Shown piece by piece: positions 46,894 to 55,520 of a stretch of DNA of 62,351 nt. Under the pieces are notes generated by a model. That model had not been told where the DNA came from, did not search any database, and saw nothing but the letters and a program-made list of their open reading frames with translations. The position numbers and the translations under genes are program-made. The first letter of the stretch is position 1; each line of letters starts with the position of its first letter. The stretch lies in NCBI GenBank assembly GCA_040382215.1, contig JBEIFW010000001.1, positions 1 through 62,351 on the forward strand. Reading direction: 5' to 3'. The DNA is from Acidimicrobiales bacterium. GTDB lineage: Bacteria > Actinomycetota > Acidimicrobiia > Acidimicrobiales > Ilumatobacteraceae.

Positions 46894-46902
46894 AGGCCGG
46901 CG

Positions 46903-47394
46903 TCACTGGACGATGAACTGCCAGAAGTAGACACCGGTCACGGAGCCGTCCGTGTCCTCCTTGAGCGCCGTACCGAGCTCGCTCTGGACACGATTCCGAC
47001 CCTCGGGCGTGATCAGCTCGTCATAGGTCCCTGAGCCGAGGATCCGGATGGCCACGTCGAGCGCCTTGGCGTGACCCTTGGTCGGATCGTCCTTGGCCGC
47101 CGCCTTTGCCTCAACCTTGGTCGGATCCGGGTTGAGCTTGAACGCGAGCCCCACTTTCAGGATGTGCCCGTCGGAAAGGTTCAACGTGATCGGATCGAGG
47201 GTCACCACCGGCGCTGCCGCACCGGCGACCGTCGTCGCGACCGGCTCGGCCGCCTGGACGATGGTCGTCGAGCCACCGCCGAGGACCTTCGCGCCCACGA
47301 CGATCCCGATCAGCAGAAGGCCGACGGGCAGAAGCTTCTCCTTCAGGCCGCCCTTGCCCTTCTCGGCGTTCTCGGTCTTTTCCTTCTTCGCCAT
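46903..47394 (-). CDS. fliL: flagellar basal-body-associated protein FliL
   Basis: 163 aa: a Lys-rich N-terminus, a single TM, then LDPITLNLSDGHILKVGLAFKL ..., typical of FliL. Confidence 0.8.
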   Translation of the reverse strand: MAKKEKTENAEKGKGGLKEKLLPVGLLLIGIVVGAKVLGGGSTTIVQAAEPVATTVAGAAAPVVTLDPITLNLSDGHILKVGLAFKLNPDPTKVEAKAAAKDDPTKGHAKALDVAIRILGSGTYDELITPEGRNRVQSELGTALKEDTDGSVTGVYFWQFIVQ

Positions 47395-47412
47395 CGGTGT
47401 CCTCCGCAGCCG

Positions 47413-48273
47413 TCACGGACTCTGGTTGGCAACGCCACGGGGGGCGTCGACGAGGTTTCTGACGACGAGCTCGACCCGCCGGTTCTTCGATCGTCCATCC
47501 GGGGAATCGTTCGAGGCGATCGGGCGGGTATCGGCGTAGCCCGACGCGGACATCCGCTGGACGTCGACCCCGTAGGTCTCGACGAGCATGCGCAGCACGC
47601 TCGTCGCACGCGCCGTCGACAGCTCCCAGTTCGACGAGTATCGGTTGCCCGGCCCGACCGGGACGGAGTCGGTGTGGCCCTCCACCGTCACGGGGTTCGG
47701 CAGGGGCTTGAGGCTTGCGGCGATCGCCGTCAGGACCTCTCGGCCTGCGCCTTCGAGGGTCGCTGATCCGGGCGTGAACAGCACCTGGTCGGCCACGATC
47801 GTGATCACCAGACCGCGCTCCTGCACAGCGATCTCGACGTTGTCGCCGAGACCGGTGGCGCCCAGACCAGCCCGCAACTCCTGCTCGGCGGCGCCGAGGG
47901 CCCGTCGTTCGGCTTCGTACGCAGCCTGCTGCGCCGATTTCACCGTGGTCGTCGGACCACCCGACGTCGGGCGCGGGCCAGTCTTTCCGGCCGAAGCCGC
48001 CGCCGTCGTGGTGGTCGTCTTGCCGGCCGCCCCGGGCATCACGCCGATCCCGCCGTCGAGCATCCCGGATCCGCCGTCGACCACTGCGCTGGCACCCCCG
48101 CCCTGGATGCCCTCCTTGAACTTCTTGTACTTCGCGAGGTCGAGCTGGGACAGCGAGTACATCACGATGAACAGCACCATGAGCAGGGTGATCATGTCGG
48201 CGTACGTGACCAGCCAACGCTCGTGGTTCTCGTGCTCTTCGTGTTCCTCGTGCTTCTTCTTCCGGGCAGTCAT
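47413..48273 (-). CDS. motB: flagellar stator protein MotB (OmpA-like C-terminal domain)
   Basis: ERWLVTYADMITLLMVLF contains the conserved TM Asp. The C-terminal OmpA-like PG-binding motif is VEGHTDSVP ... NWELSTARA ... GYADTRP ... NRRVELVV. Confidence 0.9.
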   Translation of the reverse strand: MTARKKKHEEHEEHENHERWLVTYADMITLLMVLFIVMYSLSQLDLAKYKKFKEGIQGGGASAVVDGGSGMLDGGIGVMPGAAGKTTTTTAAASAGKTGPRPTSGGPTTTVKSAQQAAYEAERRALGAAEQELRAGLGATGLGDNVEIAVQERGLVITIVADQVLFTPGSATLEGAGREVLTAIAASLKPLPNPVTVEGHTDSVPVGPGNRYSSNWELSTARATSVLRMLVETYGVDVQRMSASGYADTRPIASNDSPDGRSKNRRVELVVRNLVDAPRGVANQSP

Positions 48274-48289
48274 GCGCGAATCGACGCGA

Positions 48290-49054
48290 TCAGGCGGCCT
48301 TGGCGTCGTCGTGGACGCCGGCGAGGGAGGTCAGCTTCTGGTGCAGCGTGCGCGGGTTGGCCCCGGCCTGGACCGAGAGGATCCCTTCGAGCATCAGCTC
48401 CATCTGCTGGGTCTCGATGTCGCTCAGGCGCTGGATGCGCTTGCCGATCGGCAGGAAGAACACGTTGGCCGAGAACACGCCCCACAGCGTGGCGATGAAG
48501 GCTGCGGCGATCAGGTATCCGAGCTTCTCGGGCTCGCTCAGGTTGTTGAGCACGTTCACCAGCCCGAACACCGTGCCGATGATGCCCATCGTGGGGGCGA
48601 AGGCGCCCATGTCCGCCCACACCTTGGACAGCACTTTGCCGTGGTGCTTCTTCGCCGTGATCTCGGCCTCGAGGATCTCGCGCAGCTCGTCGGGGTCGGT
48701 GCCGTCGACCGCGAGCTGGATCCCTTTGCGCAGGAACGGGTCCTCGAGGTTCTTGGCGGATTCCTCGAGGGCGAGCAGACCTTCGCGGCGGGCCCGCTCG
48801 GCCAGGTCGACCACCACTGCGATCGAGCCGGTGGGATCCTTCGTCCCCCCCGTCATCGCCTTGGTGCCCGCACCCATGGCGGCCGTGAAGTCCTTCATCA
48901 GGCCGGTGGCCATCGCAGCACCGACCGTTCCGCCGATCACGATGAGGATCGCCGGGATGTTGACCATGGCGGCAGGGTCGGCGCCCTCCATGATCACACC
49001 CAGCATGATGGTGACGACACCGATGAGAATGCCGGCGAGGGTACCCGGATCCAC
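48290..49054 (-). CDS. motA: flagellar stator protein MotA
   Basis: 254 aa with four TM segments and the MotA/ExbB C-terminal pattern (GIIGTVFGLVNVL ... AFIATLWGVFSANVFFLPIG). Confidence 0.92.
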   Translation of the reverse strand: MDPGTLAGILIGVVTIMLGVIMEGADPAAMVNIPAILIVIGGTVGAAMATGLMKDFTAAMGAGTKAMTGGTKDPTGSIAVVVDLAERARREGLLALEESAKNLEDPFLRKGIQLAVDGTDPDELREILEAEITAKKHHGKVLSKVWADMGAFAPTMGIIGTVFGLVNVLNNLSEPEKLGYLIAAAFIATLWGVFSANVFFLPIGKRIQRLSDIETQQMELMLEGILSVQAGANPRTLHQKLTSLAGVHDDAKAA

Positions 49055-49056
49055 TG

Positions 49057-49323
49057 TCAGTCCTTTCCGGTGATGAGCCGCAACTCACCACGGCTTGCAG
49101 TGGTACCGGTCGGCACGTCGCCGACATCGGGTTGGGCCGCCAGGGTCAGCACCCGGGCCCGGAAGCCCGCAATCCGCTCGATGACGACATCGATCGACTC
49201 GGTCACGACGTACTTCGTCCCTTCGAACAGGGTGACCACCGTGTCGGGGTTCGCGTCGACCCGCTCGATGTGATCGGGGTTGATGGCGAAGTGCTGTCCG
49301 TTGAGACGGGTCAGGAGGATCAT
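49057..49323 (-). CDS. flbD: flagellar protein FlbD
   Basis: ATG at 49323. MILLTRLNGQHFAINPDHIERVDANPDTVVTLFEGTKYVVTESIDVVIERI is the FlbD signature. Confidence 0.85.
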   Translation of the reverse strand: MILLTRLNGQHFAINPDHIERVDANPDTVVTLFEGTKYVVTESIDVVIERIAGFRARVLTLAAQPDVGDVPTGTTASRGELRLITGKD

Positions 49324-49486
49324 GTCGGATGTCCTTGCCGGGGGAGCAGGCGCTCGGCGCTGGGATCGGCGGAACCGGGGGCCCACTTGAGTGTGCTGCC
49401 GACTCATTGAGCGACCAGACGGGGCCCTGACGATCAGCAGATCCTCGGCATCCCCGGCGGCGCCGAGGCCGGCCCCGCCGGTTCCG

Positions 49487-50731
49487 TCACCGCTTCAGGT
49501 TGACGAGGTCCTGCAGCATCTCGTCGGAGGAGGTGATCATCCGGCTGTTGGCCTGGAAACCGCGCTGGGCGAGGATCAGGTTGGTGAACTCTCGTGCGAG
49601 GTCGGTGTTCGACATCTCGAGCGTGCCGGCGGCGATCATGCCGCGACCGCCGGAGTTCGACACACCGACCTGGGCCACGCCGCTGTTGGCGGATTCCCGG
49701 TACATCGACCGGCCCGTCACCTCGAGACCCGTCGGGTTGGTGAACGCCGCCATCGCCACGCGGCCGACGGCACGGTTGCGGCCGTTGGAGAACACACCCA
49801 TCATCACGCCGTCCGCGCCGATCGTGAACGACTGCAGGATGCCGAGGCCGTAGCCGTTCTGGCGGGCGGCGATCAGCGTCGAACTTCCGGCGAAACCGGT
49901 GCAGGCGTCAGGCTGACCGGGTGTCCCGGTGTCGAGGGTGATCGGCCCGGGGAAGTTCCCGAACGTCGGCGTGATCGAGATCGCCCCGTTGGTGACACCG
50001 CCCGTGTTGGGGTTGAAGGTGAGCGGACCGCCGTTGACCGTCATCGGCGTGTTGACACCGTTGATGATGGCCGACGCCGACACGTTCCAGGTGTTCGGTG
50101 CAGCCGCCTTCGTGTAGTTGATGTTCACGTTGTAGCTGGTGCCCTGCCGGTCCGTGATCTGCACCGAGCTCGTCACCTGGAAGCCCGTAGGGCTCGCCGC
50201 GTCGAGGTTGCCCTGCAGGTTGACGGTGCTGGTGGCCAGCGGCGGGATCGACTGGCCGAGGGGCATGCGAAGGTCGCCGGGCGCCTGGTTCAACAGGATC
50301 TGACCGTTGGCATCGGCGATCCAGCCCTGGAGGATGCCACCGTCGGGCGAGACGAGTCGGCCGAGCGCGTCGAAGTTGAACGAGCCAGCACGGGCGTACA
50401 TGTTCGTGTTCTCGGTCCGCAGGATGAAGAACCCGTCGCCCTGGATCGAGATGTCCGTGTTCTTGTTGGTCATCTGCGTGGCGCCCTGGCTCATGCTGAG
50501 CGACGTACCGGCGACACGCACGCCGAGACCGACCATCGCCGGGTTGATGCCGCCCTCGTTGGGATTGAGCGCCGAGGCCCCGGCGATGGTCTGGGTCAGC
50601 AGGTCCTGGAAGACCGTCGCCGACGACTTGAAGCCGACCGTGTTGACGTTGGCGATGTTGTTGCCGGTGACATCCATCATCACCTGGTGGGTCCGCAGGC
50701 CGGTGACCGCCGTGAACATGGAGCGAAGCAT
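49487..50731 (-). CDS. flgE: flagellar hook protein FlgE
   Basis: MLRSMFTAVTGLRTHQVMMDVTGNNIANVNTVGFK ... LEMSNTDLAREFTNLILAQRGFQANSRMITSSDEMLQDLVNLKR. The ATG at 50731 shares one nt with the flgD stop (TGATG). Confidence 0.93.
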   Translation of the reverse strand: MLRSMFTAVTGLRTHQVMMDVTGNNIANVNTVGFKSSATVFQDLLTQTIAGASALNPNEGGINPAMVGLGVRVAGTSLSMSQGATQMTNKNTDISIQGDGFFILRTENTNMYARAGSFNFDALGRLVSPDGGILQGWIADANGQILLNQAPGDLRMPLGQSIPPLATSTVNLQGNLDAASPTGFQVTSSVQITDRQGTSYNVNINYTKAAAPNTWNVSASAIINGVNTPMTVNGGPLTFNPNTGGVTNGAISITPTFGNFPGPITLDTGTPGQPDACTGFAGSSTLIAARQNGYGLGILQSFTIGADGVMMGVFSNGRNRAVGRVAMAAFTNPTGLEVTGRSMYRESANSGVAQVGVSNSGGRGMIAAGTLEMSNTDLAREFTNLILAQRGFQANSRMITSSDEMLQDLVNLKR

Positions 50732-51219
50732 CAGTTGTTCCTTCCGGTGATGAGGGATGACGAAGCAGGGTTGGAGGTCGGCACGTCGGACACTTCGAGG
50801 ATCGACGTGACGGGGATGGTCTTCGTCCCGACGAGGACCTTCAGACCGGTGGTGTCGTTGGGATCGGACTTGACGCCGGTGACGACGCCGCTGACGTTCG
50901 TGGAACCGTCGAACCACGTGACCTTTCGACCGATCATGGTGGTCGCCTGAAGCAGATCTCGGGTCCCGCCGCTGGTGCTGGCCGCGGCGATCTGCTGGAG
51001 CGACTCGAGCATCGAGAACTGCACGGACTGCTGCATCATCGACGTCGGGTCGGTCGGGCTGAGCGGGTTCTGGAACTTGAGCTGCGCGACGAGCAGCTTC
51101 AGGAAGTCGTCTTTGCTGAAATCGCCGTTGTTCTTCTTCGTGGGCGTGGTGGACGCCGGCTGGCCACCGACGACGATCGGTGTGGGCGGCGGCGGGGCGA
51201 TGCTGGCCGGATCGGGCAC
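50731..51219 (-). CDS. flgD: flagellar hook capping/scaffold protein FlgD
   Basis: GTG at 51219 lies 4 nt after GGAGAGGAA. The sequence reads FSKDDFLKLLVAQLKFQNPLSPTDPTSMMQQSVQFSMLESLQ, followed by a Tudor-like beta domain. Confidence 0.85.
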   Translation of the reverse strand: MPDPASIAPPPPTPIVVGGQPASTTPTKKNNGDFSKDDFLKLLVAQLKFQNPLSPTDPTSMMQQSVQFSMLESLQQIAAASTSGGTRDLLQATTMIGRKVTWFDGSTNVSGVVTGVKSDPNDTTGLKVLVGTKTIPVTSILEVSDVPTSNPASSSLITGRNN

Positions 51220-51220
51220 G

Positions 51221-52726
51221 ACATTCCTCTCCGAGCAGCACGTCGAGCGCACGCTCGACGGAGACGGGACGATGGGCAGGAGTGGTGGTCTTCGGTACGG
51301 CGACCGGGTCGTCGTCGGACCCGCCGCGGCGAGCGCCTCGACCACGGTCGGGTCCGCCCGATTGCTGGCGGCCGCCGTCGGACAGGCTGAGCTGGCCGGT
51401 CGCGACGCCGGAGGACTCCAGCGCCTGGCGGAGTTGGTCGAGGCTGCCTTCGAGGAGACGGGCGGTCGCCGGCTGATCGGCGCGCAGGCTGATGTGCACC
51501 GTGCCCGCATCGACCTGCACGTCGAGGCGCACCCGTCCGAGTTCACCCGGGTGGACGTCGACCGCCAAGCGATAGGAGCCGTCACCACGGTCACGCAACG
51601 GGGCGACCACGTCGACCAACTGCTCGGACACGGGGGCCGGCGTCGGCGCGACTTGGTGGACCTCGGCGGCCGAGGCCAGGGCCGCCGGCCGGACCACGAT
51701 GGGGGCGCTCGCCACCGGTGACGGTGTGGGCGCTGCCTGGATCCCGGTCGGCTCGGACGCCGCCTCGAGGGCCTCGGGCGACGCCTCGAGCGCGACCTCA
51801 CGGGGACCGAACACGGCAGGCTCGACCGTCAGCACCTCGCCGTCGCCACCCACCGTCCTCGGCGATGCGAGCCGCGTGCGGAGGCTCGCGTCCGGTCCGG
51901 GTCCGGGTCCGCTGCCGGTGCCATCGCCGGCGTCGCCCGTCGGCTCGGACCCCACCGGTGCGACCGGCGCGGTGGTCGCCGCGGACGGAACCGGGCTCGG
52001 GTCGAACGCCTCCGTAACCGTGGACTCGGCACCCCGGGACTCGGCACCCCGGGACTCGGCACGAACGACGTCGGCCCGGCGCTCGGACCCGGTCGGAACG
52101 ACCGGCTGCGGCACCGGCGGTGCCGCGGACTCGACGGCCGGCGCGTCCGGGCCGGACGCTACGGGGTTCGCTGCGGCTCGCGCGTCCGAGGAGATCGGTG
52201 GCACGGTTCCCGACCCGAGGGCCAGGTCCACCGAGGCTGCGGGCGCGGCCCCCGATGGCGCATCGGCGCCGCGGGCCGTGGTTGTCGGTGCTGCTACCGA
52301 TGCCACGGCGGGCGCAGCCGATGTGAGCGGAGCCGATGCGGATGCAACAGGGTCGGCTGCAACAGGCTCGGCCGGATCGAGTGCGACCAACTCGGCGACG
52401 GCTGCCGCCTCCCCGTCGACCGACCCGGTCGGCGACGGGGGCTCCACACCGACCGCACCCGGATCACCGGCGGAAGCGCTGGTCAGGGTTGCGACGGTAC
52501 GGAGGTCGATGACGAGCGCCCCGGGCAACGGCGCTGCGACCGGCGACGATGCCCGGGCCTCGTCGGCCGGCGGGCTCGGCACGAGCGGTGCCGGGCTGGC
52601 GAACGCCGCCAGCAACAGAGCGAAAAGCTCGGCCGGGACCTCGGCGTCGGTGGCGGCCGACGACGACGCCGGCTCGGTCGATCGATCGACGGTCGTGCTG
52701 CGCTCGAGCGCAACGGAAGGCGTCAC
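51221..52726 (-). CDS. fliK: flagellar hook-length control protein FliK (recognisable part; no in-frame stop before flgE)
   Basis: GTG at 52726 follows GAGGAGGAG. There is a long Ala/Pro/Ser/Val-rich ruler region, then the Flg_hook domain (YRLAVDVHPGELGRVRLDVQVDAGTVHISLRADQPATARLLEGSLDQLRQALESSG). The lower boundary is set arbitrarily at the flgD start because the frame stays open down to 49487. Confidence 0.7.
52022..52063 (-). repeat. 15-bp in-frame tandem repeat (about 2.8 copies) inside fliK
   Basis: On the plus strand, ggactcggcaccccg appears twice and is followed by ggactcggcacg. It encodes AESRG-AESRG-AES in the FliK ruler region. Confidence 0.9.
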
Positions 52727-52744
52727 GAACTCCTCCTCGATCCT

Positions 52745-53773
52745 TCAGGTCACGGGCCCGGCGAAGCCGAGCACCTTGTCGACGTAGCGCTGCACTCCCG
52801 CCGAGGGCACGCCTCCGGCGCGCAGCACGGCGTTGGGTCCGGCGTTGTAGGCAGCGAGCGCCAGCGGTACGGACCCGAACTGCTCGATCAACCCGGCGAG
52901 CATCCGGGACGCCCCGTCGACCGCCTGCGCCGGGTCGAAGGGATCGTCGACGCCGAGCCCACGGGCGGTGGCGGGCATGATCTGCATGAGGCCCTGGGCG
53001 CCTGCCGGTGACACGGCGTCGGGCCGGAACGACGACTCGACCTTGGCCACGGCGGCGAGCAGTTCGGCAGAGACACCCGTGCGACGTGCCGCGTCGGTGA
53101 ACAGCCCGAGATAGGGCGCGGCGGCGGCGTCGCGCAGGGCGATCCCCGCTCCGCCGACCACCGGTGCGCCGGGAAGCCGGGGAAGGCCCGCAGCGTCGGC
53201 GCCAGTGAGGCGCCGGATCCCGACGATGTCGGTGCGGACCGGCGCGGTGCGCACGACATCTCCGGTCTCGGGCGCGTGCAGCATCTGACCGTTGCCGAGG
53301 TAGATGCCCATGTGCCCGATGTCGGAACCGAAGAACACCAGATCGCCGGGGCGGGCCTGGGCGAGCGATGCCACCGGCCGGCCGAGCTGGATCTGGGAAC
53401 CCGTGTAGTGGGGCAGGTCGATACCGAACTTGGCGAAGGCCACCTTGACGAGGCCCGAGCAGTCGAGGCCGACGCTCGGATTCGCGCTCCCGAACACGTA
53501 CGGCGTGCCCAGGTAGCGGGCCGCCTCGTTCACGATCTCCGTCCCGGTCGGGTAACGGGTGGCGGCCGGAGCCCCGACCCGGGCCGTCGTGCCGAGCGAC
53601 GAGGCACCGATCGGCGTCGTCCCCGACGAGGACGCCGTGCGCTGCGCGACGGCGGCGTCGAGGGCCGAGGCGAAGCCCGACGAGCCCTCCGCCGACACCA
53701 CCGTCGCCGGCCGGAACCGACTCTCGATCGAGCTGATCCGCGCCTGGATCGCCGCAAGGGCGGGCGGGATCAC
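52745..53773 (-). CDS. bifunctional peptidoglycan hydrolase: NlpC/P60 endopeptidase + SLT lytic transglycosylase (flagellar locus, FlgJ-like niche)
   Basis: 342 aa. The P60 part is YVFGSANPSVGLDCSGLV ... GDLVFF ... GHMGIYLG ... MLHAPETGD. The SLT part is LLAAVAKVESSFRP ... GAQGLMQIMP ... AAYNAGPNAV. The N-terminus (MIPPALAAIQARISSIESRF) has no signal-peptide character. Confidence 0.85.
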   Translation of the reverse strand: MIPPALAAIQARISSIESRFRPATVVSAEGSSGFASALDAAVAQRTASSSGTTPIGASSLGTTARVGAPAATRYPTGTEIVNEAARYLGTPYVFGSANPSVGLDCSGLVKVAFAKFGIDLPHYTGSQIQLGRPVASLAQARPGDLVFFGSDIGHMGIYLGNGQMLHAPETGDVVRTAPVRTDIVGIRRLTGADAAGLPRLPGAPVVGGAGIALRDAAAAPYLGLFTDAARRTGVSAELLAAVAKVESSFRPDAVSPAGAQGLMQIMPATARGLGVDDPFDPAQAVDGASRMLAGLIEQFGSVPLALAAYNAGPNAVLRAGGVPSAGVQRYVDKVLGFAGPVT

Positions 53774-54210
53774 GTGTCGCCCTCGCCGAGTCGCTTGAAC
53801 CGGGAATTCACCACGTCGTCGGCGAGGAGGTCCTCATCCCGACGCAACTCGAGGGCGTGCGCCTCGCGCTCGCGCTCCTCCATCCGTTCGAGCGCCTCGA
53901 CGTCCTGACGGGCCGCCACGAGATCCCGGCGGCGCAGCTCGGCCGTCGCTCGGGCGTCTTCGAAGAGCTGGCGGGCGGTGATCACCGACAGCGCCACCGC
54001 TCGCCGGAGCTCGACCTCCTCGTGGAACTGCCGGGCCGTGCGCTGCCGGCGCATCGGCTCGAGGGCCTCGTAGGTGCGTCGGCGCTCCTCGAGGTCGCCC
54101 TCGGCTGAGCTGACGGCACGGTTGGCCTCCGCGAGACGCCCCTTGGCGGTGTCCTCCGTTACCCGGCGCACCTTGAGCACCCCGGCGAGGCGGAAGCGGT
54201 AGCGCTTCAC
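53770..54210 (-). CDS. fliJ: flagellar export chaperone/stalk protein FliJ
   Basis: 146-aa coiled-coil protein (MKRYRFRLAGVLKVRRVTEDTAKGRLAEANRAV...) directly after fliI, with 4-nt overlaps on both sides. Confidence 0.75.
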   Translation of the reverse strand: MKRYRFRLAGVLKVRRVTEDTAKGRLAEANRAVSSAEGDLEERRRTYEALEPMRRQRTARQFHEEVELRRAVALSVITARQLFEDARATAELRRRDLVAARQDVEALERMEEREREAHALELRRDEDLLADDVVNSRFKRLGEGDT

Positions 54211-55520
54211 GTTGCCACCACCTGCGCGAGTTCACTCCAGGCCTCCACCACCGGGACGGTCTCGCCCAAGTCCTGGGTGAGGAAGGCCCGGATCTCGTCG
54301 GCACGCTCGATGGCACGGTCGACGAGCGGGTTCGTCCCGGTGACGTACGCGCCGATCTCGACGAGATCCTTGGCGTCGCGGTGCGCTGCGAGCAGCCGCC
54401 GAAGTTCGGTGGCGGCCCGTCGTTGCTCGGGTGTGGTGATGGCCGGGGCCACCCGGGACACGGATTCCAACACGTCGACCGTCGGGAAGTGCCCGGCGGT
54501 GGCGAGGCGGCGGGAGAGCACCACGTGGCCGTCGAGGATCGACCGCACGGCATCGCCCACCGGGTCGTTGAGGTCGTCGCCCTCGACCAACACCGTGTAC
54601 AGCCCGGTGATCGATCCGTGCTCGGCCGCACCGGCCCGCTCGAGCAGCCGGGGCAGGAGTCCGAACACCGAGGGCGGATAGCCACGGGTTGCGGGCGGCT
54701 CCCCGGCGGCGAGGCCGATCTCGCGCTGGGCCATGCAGAAGCGGGTGACGGAATCCATCATCAGCACGACGTCGCAGCCTTCGTCGCGGAACCACTCGGC
54801 GATGCGGGTCGCGGTGTAGGCAGCGCGGAGCCTCACCATCGCCGGTTCGTCGGACGTGGCCACGACGACCACCGAACGGGCAAGACCTTCCGGTCCGAGA
54901 TCGTGCTCGATGAACTCCCGGACCTCGCGCCCGCGTTCGCCGACGAGCGCCAACACCGAGATCTCGGCCTCGGTCCCGCGAGCGATCATCGACAGCAGGC
55001 TCGACTTCCCGACCCCGGAGCCCGCCATGATCCCGATGCGCTGGCCCCGACCGCAGGGCACCAGCGTGTCGAGGACCTTCACCCCGAGGGGCAGGGGCCG
55101 GCTCACCCGGGCCCGGCGCAAGGGGTGCGGCGCATCCCCCTCCACCGTCACGCGCAATGCCGACGCCGGCAGCGGACGACCGTCGAGCGGGCGACCGAGC
55201 CCGTCGAGCACGCGACCCCGGAGGTCCCATCCGACCGACAGACTCGGTGGGCGACCGGCGTGCCGGGCCCGGTCGCCGATCCGCACCCCCCGCAACTCGC
55301 CGAACGGCATGCACACGACGGCGTCCCGCCGCATCGCCACCACCTCGCCGCTCAGCGTGCCACCCCCGCCTTCCACCAGGATCTCGTCGCCGAGCCCGGC
55401 GGCGACGCCGGCGATCTCGAGCGACATCGCCGACACGCCCGTGACCCGACCCGAACGGACCGGGCGGGCGGCCTCCCGCAGCGCACCCAGGCGGGGGTGA
55501 GCGCCGACCAGGGCCGTCAT
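54207..55520 (-). CDS. fliI: flagellum-specific ATPase FliI
   Basis: 437 aa with Walker A GSGVGKSSLL and Walker B VVLMMDSVTR, and an F1-beta-like fold pattern. Confidence 0.97.
   Translation of the reverse strand: MTALVGAHPRLGALREAARPVRSGRVTGVSAMSLEIAGVAAGLGDEILVEGGGGTLSGEVVAMRRDAVVCMPFGELRGVRIGDRARHAGRPPSLSVGWDLRGRVLDGLGRPLDGRPLPASALRVTVEGDAPHPLRRARVSRPLPLGVKVLDTLVPCGRGQRIGIMAGSGVGKSSLLSMIARGTEAEISVLALVGERGREVREFIEHDLGPEGLARSVVVVATSDEPAMVRLRAAYTATRIAEWFRDEGCDVVLMMDSVTRFCMAQREIGLAAGEPPATRGYPPSVFGLLPRLLERAGAAEHGSITGLYTVLVEGDDLNDPVGDAVRSILDGHVVLSRRLATAGHFPTVDVLESVSRVAPAITTPEQRRAATELRRLLAAHRDAKDLVEIGAYVTGTNPLVDRAIERADEIRAFLTQDLGETVPVVEAWSELAQVVAT

Noticed and set aside
52022-52063. CRISPR-like repeat.
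   Set aside because: The units are 15 bp, directly abutting without spacers, in frame inside fliK. No cas genes are present. It is a coding tandem repeat.
49487-52726. Treating the 1079-aa ORF as a single giant flagellar protein.
   Set aside because: It is a concatenation of FliK, about 170 residues of Arg-rich off-frame-looking sequence that overlaps a bona fide flgD in another frame, and FlgE with its own ATG coupled to the flgD stop. I call three genes and flag the missing fliK stop as a finding rather than annotating a fusion.
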